Source: Candidatus Latescibacterota bacterium (lineage in GTDB: Bacteria; Latescibacterota; UBA2968; UBA8231). Taken from it: DNA of 64,000 nucleotides. The stretch is from the NCBI GenBank assembly GCA_965221775.1, contig CBDCSU010000006.1, positions 64,001 to 128,000 of the forward strand, written 5' to 3'. A program made the translations under genes and the position numbers. Below, in pieces: positions 63,354-64,000 of this stretch; the first letter of the stretch is position 1, and each line of letters begins with the position of its first letter. The notes under the pieces were generated by a model. It saw nothing but the letters and a program-made list of their open reading frames with translations. It did no database searches and was not told where the DNA came from.

Positions 63354-64000
63354 GGCAGGGTCTCGCAGGCGTCGACGAACTCCGCCGAGGTGGTGGTGTA
63401 GCCGATGAGATGCTCGAAGTTGCGCAGCACGATCTTGTTGAGCCAGCCGCCCTCGGGGATGCTCTCGTCGATCGTGTCGGGGAACTCGATCTCGGCGCCG
63501 TTGGAGGCGTCGCGCAGGAGCACCACCCGGTAGTTGCGGCCCACGGCCTCGGCGCAGGTGTAGTGCATGCAGGCGCGGCGGCTGTAGCCGACGACGATGA
63601 GGGTGCGCGTGCCCCAACTGCGCAGGTGCTGATCGAGGAAGGTGTCGTGGAAGCCGCTCCAGATCCACTTGGGGAAGTTCGGCTCGCCGTCGCGGGGAGC
63701 GACGCAGTCGAGGTAGCGCGGCTCGAAGTCCGGTCCCGCCTCGCGCCACGGCTGGAGCCCGTCGCGGCCGTGGCCGTGCTTGGTCTTGCCCCAGAACTCG
63801 CCGACGATGTTGCCGGGGTCGGCCACCAGGCGCAGGTCGTTGTGGACGTAGGCGACGCGCAGACCCACGTCCCGCGCCGCCTCCAGGGCCGGGGCGATGC
63901 GATTCTCGGTGACCGGGTTGGGGGAGGTCCCGTCCACGTCGACGAGGAGGAAGGTGCACTCCGCCAGCGGCAGGGCGAGGGTCTCGTACCCGTAGTCGTA
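63350..64000 (-). CDS. Isochorismatase-family cysteine hydrolase; start lies beyond the window edge
   Basis: FLLVDVD, K..WSGFHDT.LD..LR, VVGY....C and Y.V.LLRDAS. Confidence 0.8.
   Translation of the reverse strand, partial: YDYGYETLALPLAECTFLLVDVDGTSPNPVTENRIAPALEAARDVGLRVAYVHNDLRLVADPGNIVGEFWGKTKHGHGRDGLQPWREAGPDFEPRYLDCVAPRDGEPNFPKWIWSGFHDTFLDQHLRSWGTRTLIVVGYSRRACMHYTCAEAVGRNYRVVLLRDASNGAEIEFPDTIDESIPEGGWLNKIVLRNFEHLIGYTTTSAEFVDACETLP

Overview
High-GC bacterial chromosomal window with about 60 genes. I found no rRNA, tRNA, CRISPR array, transposase or integrase. Housekeeping content: a group-3-like Mrp Na+/H+ antiporter operon (E-F-G-B-B-C-D-D-x-D), fpg-like, nfo, an RpoD-family sigma, apgM, recJ, rsmB-PASTA-rpe, ffh-rpsP-rimM-trmD-rplS, purF, amtB-glnK and polA. 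Catabolic paralogs are interspersed: three enolase-superfamily enzymes, three PhyH dioxygenases, amidohydrolases, a Gfo/Idh/MocA oxidoreductase and a CehA/McbA hydrolase. This mix is reminiscent of Latescibacterota/Poribacteria-type genomes (inference only). The most striking feature is an ECF sigma factor fused to what looks like domains II+III of a DnaN beta sliding clamp, the part that carries the clamp-binding-motif pocket (39935-41347). It also has an internal RBS+ATG and a candidate autoregulated promoter. Three other loci stand out: a translationally coupled pair of Rieske/all-helical paralogs between polA and amtB-glnK, a 7-repeat beta-propeller inserted into a split LamG domain, and a lower-GC patch (about 57.7-61.2 kb) holding a PhyH N-terminal stub, a double-domain PhyH and the 3' half of an aac(3) gene. 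All family calls come from motif recognition by eye; no searches were run.
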